53,908 nt of DNA from the NCBI GenBank assembly GCA_051652765.1, contig JBOFUV010000100.1:1-53908 (forward strand). The letters are read 5' to 3'. Both the position numbers and the translations under genes were made by a program. Origin of the DNA: Microcoleaceae cyanobacterium. GTDB taxonomy: Bacteria > Cyanobacteriota > Cyanobacteriia > Cyanobacteriales > Microcoleaceae. Of this stretch, positions 30,083 to 38,969 are shown one piece after another; the stretch's first letter is position 1; every line of letters starts with the position of its first letter. The notes beneath the pieces were generated by a model. The model saw only the letters and a program-made list of their open reading frames with translations. It was not told the origin of the DNA and did no database searches.

Positions 30083-32569
30083 ATGGTAACTCACTTCGAT
30101 TTCATCGTAATTGATACCGCAGGTCAGCCACTTCTCCGGGAACTTGCGATTGTTGATTATCAAGGAAATTTAATTTATGAAGCCTGGACAGATCCCTATT
30201 CTCAGAATCCCGGCACTTGCCCTCAAACTAAGCCCCTTGAGCAGATTATGCAGGATTTTCTGGAGTTGGCTCAATCTAAAACAATCATTTGTCATTATGC
30301 ACGACAAGATATTGAAGTCTTACGGAATACCTTTCGTGCCCTCGGAATTCCTAAACCCCATTTAAAATTTGAATGTAGCTTTGAGCTTGCCCAGCGATAT
30401 TTACCTGAATTTGATCGTCATTTTCTAGAAACCTTAACTCAGGATCTCAATTCCAGGTCAAAAGATCGGTTTTTTAAAAAAGATTCTAGCCATCAAACAA
30501 AATATGAGGCTCTCTTTACCTTTCAACTGTATCGACGCATGATCAATGAACGACTCAAAGCCCGTTTGAAACAACAACCCAATCCATTTGGCTCGAGTCG
30601 AGTGGATACTCCATTTCAAGATCATGTGGACTTTCAAGCCATTTTTGAGAATGAGTTTGAGCGCTTAAAATCTTGCTTGATGGATATTAAGCGAGACCAA
30701 AATCATCAAAGTAAAGGGGCGGTTGTGATTGGGGAACCGGGTTCAGGCAAGACCCATTTAATGATGCGGCTGGCGAAAAGTGTCTTAAAAACCAATCGTT
30801 TACTCTTCATTCGCCAACCGAATAATCCAGATGCAATTTTGTTTCATACTTATAGCAGAATTCTAGAATCCCTGATTCAAAATGTACCAGAGAGCGATCG
30901 CACTCAACTCGAATATCTGCTGGCCAATAGTTTTACTGAAATTATCAAAAAAACCGAAGCTTACTCGACTCCAAAAACTCAGAAAGATGAAAAAATTCTC
31001 AATATCATCCGGGAAGGAAGTCTTAAACTGTTTACAGAATTAGGGCAGGAAGAGACAAAAACCAAGCGAGAATACTGGCAACATATTGAAAAACGGGCGC
31101 AGGATTGGTGGTTGCAAAACTTTTCCTCCGCAGGATACGCCCCAAAAATTTTAAAGGGAATGATTCGGTTTTGCGGCTACACAGATTTTAACCGTCGCCA
31201 AATTATTACCCAATGGCTCGCTTTGAATGATCTTTCTCAAGCAGATCTCGATAAAGTTGGCTTAGAAAGTTGGGGCGAGGATGTGAGCCGAGAAGAAATT
31301 TCTTTGGCTGCTTTAGAGGTTTTTAGTAAGCTTTCTCTTCTGGATGAACCACTAATTATTATTTTCGATCAACTTGAAGGCTTGGGCTTAGCTCATAATG
31401 AACGGTTATTGCGAAGTTTTGGGGAAGGGATTAAGGAAATTTTCACCCACGTTCCCAATAGTTTAATCATTTTAAACTTGTTTCCTGACCGCTGGGAACA
31501 GTTTCAACAAATCTTTGATGGTTCAATTGTAGATCGAGTTTCCCAGTCTCAGATTTTTTTAAACAAACCCTCTAGTCAACAGTTGAAGAAACTTTTAGAA
31601 CTCAAGATACAATCGGTTAGCATCTCCCTTGAAGAATTGTTTGAACCTGGTGAAATTGCAGCTATTTTAGACCAGGCTTCCATTCGAGCAATGTTGAACA
31701 CAGCGGCTGATTATTATCGCTACAAAATTGACGGAATTACCCTTCCCAAACGTTTGAATCCTGCGGCTATTGAACCCAAAATGGAATCAGAAGTTGAAAA
31801 ACAACTTCATCAGTTGATGTTAGATGTTGCCCAAATGAAACAGGTGATCTATCAACTGACCCAACGATTCGATCAGCTTGATCAAGGAACACGCGAAACG
31901 GTTGAATCGATTCCTCTTTTGCCGCCAATTTCTAATGAATTTGTGATCCAGAATCAACGGTCAAGTCCTTTTCAAGATTATGCTTTGCAAGAGACTTTGC
32001 AAGATTATCTCCAGAAACAGCGCAGTCAACTTGCAACGAGTTACAGCCAGCCTCAGATTATCACAGCCAGTGATGACCTAGGGAAATTAACTACGATTTT
32101 AAATGCATTGAGTCGGATTATTTCTCCCCTAAAATTTGAGAGTCTACGATTAGGGATGCGGGTTCTACCTGAACATCTCCGAGTTCAAACTGCAACCCAT
32201 CAATTTGTTGTGGCTTTTCTATATCAAAGTGGAACTCAATTTTTCCATCGAATGAGAAACTTCAATGAATTGGTCAAACAACATCCTGAGATTCAATTCA
32301 ACCTGTGTCGGGACGTTGGGGCAGGATTAATTAGTGCTAAAAAGAGTGCAGAACTTTTAGAGCAGTTTCAAAACACGACCAATGGAACCTTTATTATCAT
32401 CAATCAAGACCAGCGCATGATCTTTGAAATGATCTATCAAATGATTGTTGATATTCAAAATCGGGATTTAGATATCAATTTAGAAGAGGCATTGAACTTT
32501 TTTATCATGATTCATCGAGACTACTGGTTATTTCAAAATCTTACTCTCTTGACCTTGGAGTCATCTTAA
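30083..32569 (+). CDS. Degenerate DEDDh exonuclease domain fused to a P-loop ATPase
   Basis: N-terminal FIVIDTAG...LRELAIVD exonuclease-like fold; Walker A GEPGSGKT; Walker B IIIFDQLE; coiled coil. Confidence 0.8.
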   Translation: MVTHFDFIVIDTAGQPLLRELAIVDYQGNLIYEAWTDPYSQNPGTCPQTKPLEQIMQDFLELAQSKTIICHYARQDIEVLRNTFRALGIPKPHLKFECSFELAQRYLPEFDRHFLETLTQDLNSRSKDRFFKKDSSHQTKYEALFTFQLYRRMINERLKARLKQQPNPFGSSRVDTPFQDHVDFQAIFENEFERLKSCLMDIKRDQNHQSKGAVVIGEPGSGKTHLMMRLAKSVLKTNRLLFIRQPNNPDAILFHTYSRILESLIQNVPESDRTQLEYLLANSFTEIIKKTEAYSTPKTQKDEKILNIIREGSLKLFTELGQEETKTKREYWQHIEKRAQDWWLQNFSSAGYAPKILKGMIRFCGYTDFNRRQIITQWLALNDLSQADLDKVGLESWGEDVSREEISLAALEVFSKLSLLDEPLIIIFDQLEGLGLAHNERLLRSFGEGIKEIFTHVPNSLIILNLFPDRWEQFQQIFDGSIVDRVSQSQIFLNKPSSQQLKKLLELKIQSVSISLEELFEPGEIAAILDQASIRAMLNTAADYYRYKIDGITLPKRLNPAAIEPKMESEVEKQLHQLMLDVAQMKQVIYQLTQRFDQLDQGTRETVESIPLLPPISNEFVIQNQRSSPFQDYALQETLQDYLQKQRSQLATSYSQPQIITASDDLGKLTTILNALSRIISPLKFESLRLGMRVLPEHLRVQTATHQFVVAFLYQSGTQFFHRMRNFNELVKQHPEIQFNLCRDVGAGLISAKKSAELLEQFQNTTNGTFIIINQDQRMIFEMIYQMIVDIQNRDLDINLEEALNFFIMIHRDYWLFQNLTLLTLESS

Positions 32570-32672
32570 CATTACTGCAGAATCCGCTAGTTTATGAAAG
32601 ACTTGACTTACTTTGCGATCAGGCATTGAGAGGATAGTTGAAAAGTCAGACTTGCTTTTTAATGGGTTGGCA

Positions 32673-32719
32673 GAGCAACCCTAAATTCCTATGCTTGGGT
32701 TAGGAATTTCGGGCTGCTC
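32673..32719. terminator. Imperfect inverted repeat between convergent genes
   Basis: GAGCAACCCTAAATTCCTA ... TAGGAATTTCGGGCTGCTC. Confidence 0.55.
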
Positions 32720-32787
32720 GCGCTACTCAAAACCCCCTTTAAAACATCCTCTGAAGATTTTAGGGTTAACCTGCTACTGCTAATATC

Positions 32788-33213
32788 CTAAACAAGGCAG
32801 GGCTGCTGATCGAGTTTAGAAGTGAACGCTTCATCTTGACTGAAACGATCTTCCATACCAAAGCCGCGCTTAAATTCTTTTAGAGTTGTTTGTTGCGCTT
32901 CTAGGGCAGTGATTAAAACTTCTGCTGCTTTACGAGGTTCGCCTCGACCACAGAAAAAGAAATCAGCGGCAAAGTAGCCATACTCTGGCCAAGTATGAAT
33001 CGCAATATGAGACTCTGCCAAGGTGGCAGTGGCGGTTACACCATGGGGACTGAACTGATGCACACACATGTCAATCAGTGTTGCTTGTCCTGCGGCGATC
33101 GCTTCTAAGATAGCTCGACGGATGCGCTCTGGATCGTTCAGAACATCGGTCGGACATTGCCATGCATCGAGAATCAGATGTTGACCCAATTGTTTCATTT
33201 GACCGGATTTCAC
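32788..33213 (-). CDS. speD: S-adenosylmethionine decarboxylase proenzyme
   Basis: GQHLILD, HQFSPHGVT and LAESHIAIHTWPE (E/S autocleavage); the start could be ATG 33198. Confidence 0.93.
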   Translation of the reverse strand: MKSGQMKQLGQHLILDAWQCPTDVLNDPERIRRAILEAIAAGQATLIDMCVHQFSPHGVTATATLAESHIAIHTWPEYGYFAADFFFCGRGEPRKAAEVLITALEAQQTTLKEFKRGFGMEDRFSQDEAFTSKLDQQPCLV

Positions 33214-33338
33214 CTCCCTTGTTTCGTTTTCACCTTTTCAGGTTGTCCTTAGAATATTGTAAAGTCTCCTTGGTAAACATCCTACAACGGGGTGAACCTG
33301 TTGGCTGTGATCTAGATTCCCCATCCTCAATCTGAATA

Positions 33339-36158
33339 CTAGATGCTCCAAGTTGCCAGGTAAGTATCTGTTCCACCGAGGGGATTACGATTCAAAGCCC
33401 CTGGAACGGTTGCAACTCCAGCCTGTTCAACCGTTCCGAACAACACAGCCCGACCCTGGTCTACAGCAAAACCATTGACTTTCCCCTTGGAACCATCGGC
33501 ATCGCCACTGGCCGTCAGGGGTGTCCAAGTCCGTCGTACTTGGTAATCTGGAGTCAAGGTTAAGACCGCCATTTCTCCTAGGGTGTAGTTGCCAACGGGC
33601 TGATTGTTAATGGTGCGGCTGTCACGATTTTCAAGGGAAGCTGCCGATGAACCGCCAATGTAAACGTTGCCAAACTCGTCGGCGGTGATGGAGTTGGGCG
33701 TAAAGCTATTGGCATTACCGTTACTCAGGCGAGTCACAATGAACTGACCTTGTTCTATTTCCCCAGTTGCTGGATCAATCTTGCCATGGAACGTAAAAGA
33801 GCCGCCCCCTGCTCCGGAGAAATTGTTGAAGCGATCGACTTCAACTTTGGTCGCTAGGGGTTGGGTGATATCGTTGCCATTCCGTTGGAAGACGTTGTTG
33901 CCACCATCAGTGCGACCGAGGAAGTATAATTCTCCATCTTGACCAAAGATGATCTGTACCCCGCGAGTATCCGCTCCCAAATTTTGTCCCGTGACTTCGG
34001 CTGCACTGTAGTCCCAAGTATTCCAGATTTGATTCAGGGCAGGATCAAACCCTCTCAAGAAAGGAATTTGTAGGGTGCTCGTGGCTTGATTGAACCCCGT
34101 AACAAAGACTGCTCCTGTGCTGGGATGAATCGCAACGTCCGCTGGACGAATATCCGTTCCCGTCAGAAGTACAGTTGCCAATTCAGTGCCCGTTGGACTC
34201 CAGAGGGTGATTCGGTCTGTACTTTCGGTGAGGGTTATGACAGTACCATTATTGGCAATGGCCACATCATCAAAGGTTCCGGGCTGTGACCAACTCAGGG
34301 TTCCAGCAGTCGAGTTGAATACTTGAATCCCAAAGGTTCCTACTGTGACAATCTCTCCGCTATCTCGATCCACGTCCAGATCCCGCACTTCTCCCCCCAA
34401 CGCTGTAACGGAAAGCGGGGCTGTATTGCCGTTCACAAGGCGACGCACTTCCCCCGCCCCATTAAAATTGCCAGCCGTGATGATGGCATTGTCCAAGGGA
34501 GAAATTTTTACCCCAACTGCGGTATCGGCTGCGGTCGTGCCTAAGTAAGTTGCAGTGGTGAAGGTTAGATTACTGGAGGGTTCATTGTCAACAATGTTGA
34601 GCACTGCTGAATCTTGAGTTCCCAGAATGGCTCCCCCCGTTGGATTAGTCAGGGTTAAGGTCAAAGACTCTACGAGTTCAAACGTTGTGTCATTCACGAT
34701 TGGAATTTGAATTGTTTTAGGGGCCGTGTCTCCATCTGCAAAGTTGACCGCGATCGCTGAGTTGATATAGTCTCCGGGGGCGATCGCAGTTCCATTCGCC
34801 TGGGTTAAAGTCCCACCGACTGCACCCACACTACTGCCTGTACGAATCACCGTGATTTCAGCCAGAGGAGTTCCTTCTTGCACCGTAAACTGGGCTTGAC
34901 TCAAAGCTAAAGTAATCACATCGTTATCCACAATTATGGCCGTTGTGATTGCTGTTCCCAGGGTTGCTCCTCCGGTCGGATTGCTCAAAACTAGGTCGAA
35001 GGTTTCAGATCCCTCCACTAAGCCGTCATCCAGCAGGGTAACAGTTACTGTTTCGCTAATATCTCCACTGGCAAAATTCAGAATATTACTGACTGGAGCG
35101 TAGTCCATAGCCGTGGCGCTACCATCGCGAGTACCATATTGAACGCTCACTGCCCCGTTACTGCCCCCGGTGCGATTGACCGTGAATTGCACTTGCCCAA
35201 CATCTTCATTCACCGTAACATTAGCAATACTGAAGCCCAAAGTTCCTGGTAATGGAGTTGGAACCGGGGTTGGGACTGGGGTTGGGATTGGGACTGGGGT
35301 TGGAGTCCCTGAATCTGAACCTTGGAACTGAAATTGTTCGTTGGTTAACGTGCTAGCCTCAACATCCTGCAAAATCGCCAGAAACTCGTTCGTCTCTCGA
35401 CGTTGGATGATGGTATCGTTTGCAAATTCACCTGTTCCCTGGAACAGATTTAAGTCGCTGGGCTTTAAAAGATTCAGCAATGCCAATACATCACGGTCTC
35501 CATCAAAATCCACAATCACATCGGCTTCCGCCAAGGTAGCTCCACCGGTGCCATCGCCAACAACAATCAGGTCACGGCCCGCACCGCTAGTCAGGGTATC
35601 GGCACCGCGATCGCCCAATACTGTGTCATCTCCTAGATCCCCGAAAATCCGATCATGGCCCGATCCTCCAGCAACTAAATCATTTTCCTTGCCACCGTAG
35701 AGCAAATCGTCATCAGCATTGCCCAAGAGTTCATCTGCACCGCGATCGCCGAAGAGGGTATCGCCCCCGCCATCTCCAAATAAAATATCATTCTCCTGAC
35801 CTCCGGCCAAGGTATCATCACCCTTCCCGGCGTAAAGGCTATCGTTGCCCAAGTTGCCGAATAGAAGATCATGGTCGGGATTGCCTTGAATAAAATCACT
35901 CCCGTCTAAGCCATAAATTGTATCGTTTCCGGCCAAACCCAACACCCGGTCAGCCCCAGCAGTTGCCAGGATAAAGTCGGCTTCGTCACTTCCTGGTAAG
36001 GGAGTGATTTCTGAGCCAGAAGAATCATTGCTAGAAAACTCATTGAAGAGAGGGGTCTCTGATGTAACAAGGGTTATATTTTCTGTCGTTAGAATTGAAG
36101 AGTTATAGTTGCCAAGCGGTAAAGATAAAGCCTGAAGCTCAGTTGAAATGATGTCCAT
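33339..36158 (-). CDS. Ca-binding surface protein: RTX (GGxGxD) repeats, PT linker, two Calx-beta domains and a C-terminal beta-rich domain
   Basis: GNLGNDSLYAGKGDDTLAGGQEND repeats; TPTPVPIPTPVPTPVPTP linker; VNRTGGSNGAVSVQY...DGSATAMDY Calx-beta. Confidence 0.88.
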   Translation of the reverse strand: MDIISTELQALSLPLGNYNSSILTTENITLVTSETPLFNEFSSNDSSGSEITPLPGSDEADFILATAGADRVLGLAGNDTIYGLDGSDFIQGNPDHDLLFGNLGNDSLYAGKGDDTLAGGQENDILFGDGGGDTLFGDRGADELLGNADDDLLYGGKENDLVAGGSGHDRIFGDLGDDTVLGDRGADTLTSGAGRDLIVVGDGTGGATLAEADVIVDFDGDRDVLALLNLLKPSDLNLFQGTGEFANDTIIQRRETNEFLAILQDVEASTLTNEQFQFQGSDSGTPTPVPIPTPVPTPVPTPLPGTLGFSIANVTVNEDVGQVQFTVNRTGGSNGAVSVQYGTRDGSATAMDYAPVSNILNFASGDISETVTVTLLDDGLVEGSETFDLVLSNPTGGATLGTAITTAIIVDNDVITLALSQAQFTVQEGTPLAEITVIRTGSSVGAVGGTLTQANGTAIAPGDYINSAIAVNFADGDTAPKTIQIPIVNDTTFELVESLTLTLTNPTGGAILGTQDSAVLNIVDNEPSSNLTFTTATYLGTTAADTAVGVKISPLDNAIITAGNFNGAGEVRRLVNGNTAPLSVTALGGEVRDLDVDRDSGEIVTVGTFGIQVFNSTAGTLSWSQPGTFDDVAIANNGTVITLTESTDRITLWSPTGTELATVLLTGTDIRPADVAIHPSTGAVFVTGFNQATSTLQIPFLRGFDPALNQIWNTWDYSAAEVTGQNLGADTRGVQIIFGQDGELYFLGRTDGGNNVFQRNGNDITQPLATKVEVDRFNNFSGAGGGSFTFHGKIDPATGEIEQGQFIVTRLSNGNANSFTPNSITADEFGNVYIGGSSAASLENRDSRTINNQPVGNYTLGEMAVLTLTPDYQVRRTWTPLTASGDADGSKGKVNGFAVDQGRAVLFGTVEQAGVATVPGALNRNPLGGTDTYLATWSI

Positions 36159-36328
36159 AGGGGGTTTCCTTAAAAATTAAATATTGCTATATTCTTTCTT
36201 TCAAGAACCCCTGAATTGATCAGGATAGATTGTCTAAAGTTCTAACGATTATTTCTCAGTTCAAACTAATCCGTAAAATTACGGTAAAATCATGACATTC
36301 TTCTAAGGATTACAGTATTTGTATCAGT

Positions 36329-36766
36329 ATGGAAATCTTTAACTCTAACCCAGCAGAACCAAACTCCAACCATTGGCAAAGTCAGTTAGATGAGTTTGTA
36401 ACAGCCAATCAACATGCTCTTGCAGCGCTAACTTGGGGACTTTACCAGCAGCGAATTGATAGAGATATGATATTAGGAATTGATTTAAAGCCAAGCCCTC
36501 ATTGGATCACTTGCTCACGGGAAGCCCTGGAACAGTTTAATCAAAATGTGGATCAGAAACTTCAGGAAATCTTAGGACTGATCGACAGTTTTAATCCTGA
36601 GACAGAAGTATTAATGATTGGGTTTGGGGGCCATGAAATTAAACTCATTTATTTTGAACCTGACCCCACTCCACCGGAATGTTTTGTACAGCTTGGTCAA
36701 GATATCGAGGCGCTGTTAGAACAGCTCGAAACTAAAATAAAGCAGCAGATTTTAGGGAATCAATAA
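36329..36766 (+). CDS. ccmS: Beta-carboxysome assembly chaperone CcmS-like protein
   Basis: WQSQLDEFV..NQ..LAAL.WGL, LGIDLKPSPH, QEILG and KLIYFEP..TPPECF match the recalled Slr1911/CcmS family pattern. Confidence 0.75.
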   Translation: MEIFNSNPAEPNSNHWQSQLDEFVTANQHALAALTWGLYQQRIDRDMILGIDLKPSPHWITCSREALEQFNQNVDQKLQEILGLIDSFNPETEVLMIGFGGHEIKLIYFEPDPTPPECFVQLGQDIEALLEQLETKIKQQILGNQ

Positions 36767-37640
36767 ATTCTAGAATAAATTGAGCCGTCAGTTTGGGCTG
36801 TTCCAAATGGGGAACATGTCCGCAGTTTTTGATCCAAATCAGTTGAGAATGAGGCAGTTTTTGTTGGAACTTTGCAGCATCCGCTGTTCCTAAAATACGG
36901 TCATTTTCTCCCCAGAGAATTAACGTTTGTTGCTGGATATTGGGCAGTTGGATGCTGAAGTTTCCATAGCCTCCACTCTTGGCAAAATTGACCAAAGCTC
37001 GATTCCAATTTGGGATTTCCAAGTGTAATGCCGCACAAATTTGAGCATCAGAAGAGGCAAAACTTTGATCAAAATAAGCGTTTTCACTAATACTCTGGCG
37101 AACTTTCGGATTCCGTAGAAATTCTGTAGCCAGGGAATCCAAGGGTGGAAATAAAAATTTTCCCAGAACTGGCCCTTGACTTGTGCCCGCACTGTCAATC
37201 AACACTAAAGATTGGACTGCGTTAGGATAAGTCAGTGTAAAATCCAGAGCTGCCGCACCTCCCATTGATGCCCCGATTAGAATCACAGGTTGGTTAATCA
37301 GGTTTTGCCAAAAAGAGTAGAGATGGGTCGTGATGGTTTGAGGATTAATCTTTAATGTTAAGTCTCGTTCGGTGAAGCCAAATCCCCACAAATCAACAGC
37401 CCAAGTCTCATGAACTGCACCAAGCAAGGGGAATAATCGCCGGAATTCTAATAGAGAACTGTCAAATCCATGGAGCAATAAAATAGGAATTCCTAGATTT
37501 TCTTGATGCACATAAGTTGTCAGAATTGGTTCGGGTTTCAAGGGAGTTTGAATTGACTTTGATACAATTTTTTGAGCAAATTCAATTGAAGTCTGTTCAG
37601 TCAGTTGTTGAGCCAGTGACGGCAGAATACTAGGAAACAT
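36732..37640 (-). CDS. Alpha/beta fold hydrolase
   Basis: LLLHGFDSS, GASMGG nucleophile elbow, WGEND and GHVPHLE; ATG 37640 preferred over TTG 37679. Confidence 0.92.
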   Translation of the reverse strand: MFPSILPSLAQQLTEQTSIEFAQKIVSKSIQTPLKPEPILTTYVHQENLGIPILLLHGFDSSLLEFRRLFPLLGAVHETWAVDLWGFGFTERDLTLKINPQTITTHLYSFWQNLINQPVILIGASMGGAAALDFTLTYPNAVQSLVLIDSAGTSQGPVLGKFLFPPLDSLATEFLRNPKVRQSISENAYFDQSFASSDAQICAALHLEIPNWNRALVNFAKSGGYGNFSIQLPNIQQQTLILWGENDRILGTADAAKFQQKLPHSQLIWIKNCGHVPHLEQPKLTAQFILEFIDSLKSAALF

Positions 37641-37799
37641 GGGAATTTCTGGCAGTTGTAGGAGAAGTGATATAGTCAAGTCTTTTTAAACTCAAACTTA
37701 ATCACTGCTACTTTGTCAAGCTGTCGAATTGATTTTTAGCTCAAACTCTTTTAAAATGAGGTGACTACTTCATCCTACTTTCTACCTAACTTTTAAGTC

Positions 37800-38969
37800 A
37801 TGCGTCTAGTTCATACAGCAGATTGGCATTTAGGCAGAACTCTGAAGGGTCAAGATCGCACTCCGGAAATTGAATTTGCCCTGGATCAACTGTTGCAAGC
37901 GGCAAAAGATCTAGAGGTAGATGCCGTTCTGATTGCGGGAGATGTGTTTGATAGCGCTAATCCCCCGATCGAAGCAACTCGGGTAGCCTATCAGTTTTTT
38001 CGGGGATTAAGTGATGCCAAAATTCCCGCCGTTGTGATTGCGGGAAATCATGATTCTGCTGCTCGAATTGATGGTCATGCTAGTCTACTGGCATTAGCAG
38101 GCGTAACAGCTCTGGGTAAACCTCGAATTGCTGCAGAAGGAGGGGTAATTCAGTTAGAAACCCAGGGAGGAAAGTTAACGTTAGGGGCAATGCCATTTGT
38201 GTCAGAACGAAAACTCCTTGATCCCGGTGAAATCTGGAACCAAAGTGAAACTGATCGGCGGTCTTCCTATCAAGAAGTCCTGAATTTTTTACTGGACAGT
38301 TTTGCTGAATTGTTCTCTGAAAATAGTGTGAATATTGTCATGGCCCACGCGACATTAGCAGGAGCAACCCTATCTCATTCTGAGCGTCCCCTTGATTCGT
38401 TTGGAGTTTATAGTTTGGCCGCGACTTGTATGCCCGCAACAGCCCAATATAGCGCCTTAGGTCATATTCACAAACCGCAAAAAATCATGGGAGCCAAGAT
38501 TCCAACCTACTATTCTGGCTCTCTGATTCAAGTTGATTTTGGTGAAGCAGAAGAAGAAAAAGGATACAACTTGATTGAAGTGGAACCCGAATGTCCTGCC
38601 CAGGTTACTTTTAAACCCCTGATCTGTCAAAAACCGTTGAAACAAATTGAGTGTCAACTAAAAACATTGGACTCTGAACTCGAACCTTATCGCGATTATT
38701 CAGGGTATATAAAAGTTATTGTTAATATCAAAAAGCGTCAAACCGATTTAGCTCAACAAGTTAGACAAATCTGTCCTCAAGCAATTCATGTTGAACTTAG
38801 ATATCCAAGTACAAATCTAGCCAATGAATCTATACAATCAACAGAGCAGTTTAATCCTTTAACGACTTATAAACGGTTTTATCAAGAGAAGAGAAATATT
38901 GACCCTGGAGAAACATTAATCCAACGATTTCGCGAATTATATGAGGAGCTAGAAAATGAGACCCATTGA
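37800..38969 (+). CDS. sbcD: SbcD/Mre11 nuclease subunit
   Basis: HTADWHLG, AGDVFD, GNHD, LGHIH and YSGS. Confidence 0.95.
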   Translation: MRLVHTADWHLGRTLKGQDRTPEIEFALDQLLQAAKDLEVDAVLIAGDVFDSANPPIEATRVAYQFFRGLSDAKIPAVVIAGNHDSAARIDGHASLLALAGVTALGKPRIAAEGGVIQLETQGGKLTLGAMPFVSERKLLDPGEIWNQSETDRRSSYQEVLNFLLDSFAELFSENSVNIVMAHATLAGATLSHSERPLDSFGVYSLAATCMPATAQYSALGHIHKPQKIMGAKIPTYYSGSLIQVDFGEAEEEKGYNLIEVEPECPAQVTFKPLICQKPLKQIECQLKTLDSELEPYRDYSGYIKVIVNIKKRQTDLAQQVRQICPQAIHVELRYPSTNLANESIQSTEQFNPLTTYKRFYQEKRNIDPGETLIQRFRELYEELENETH

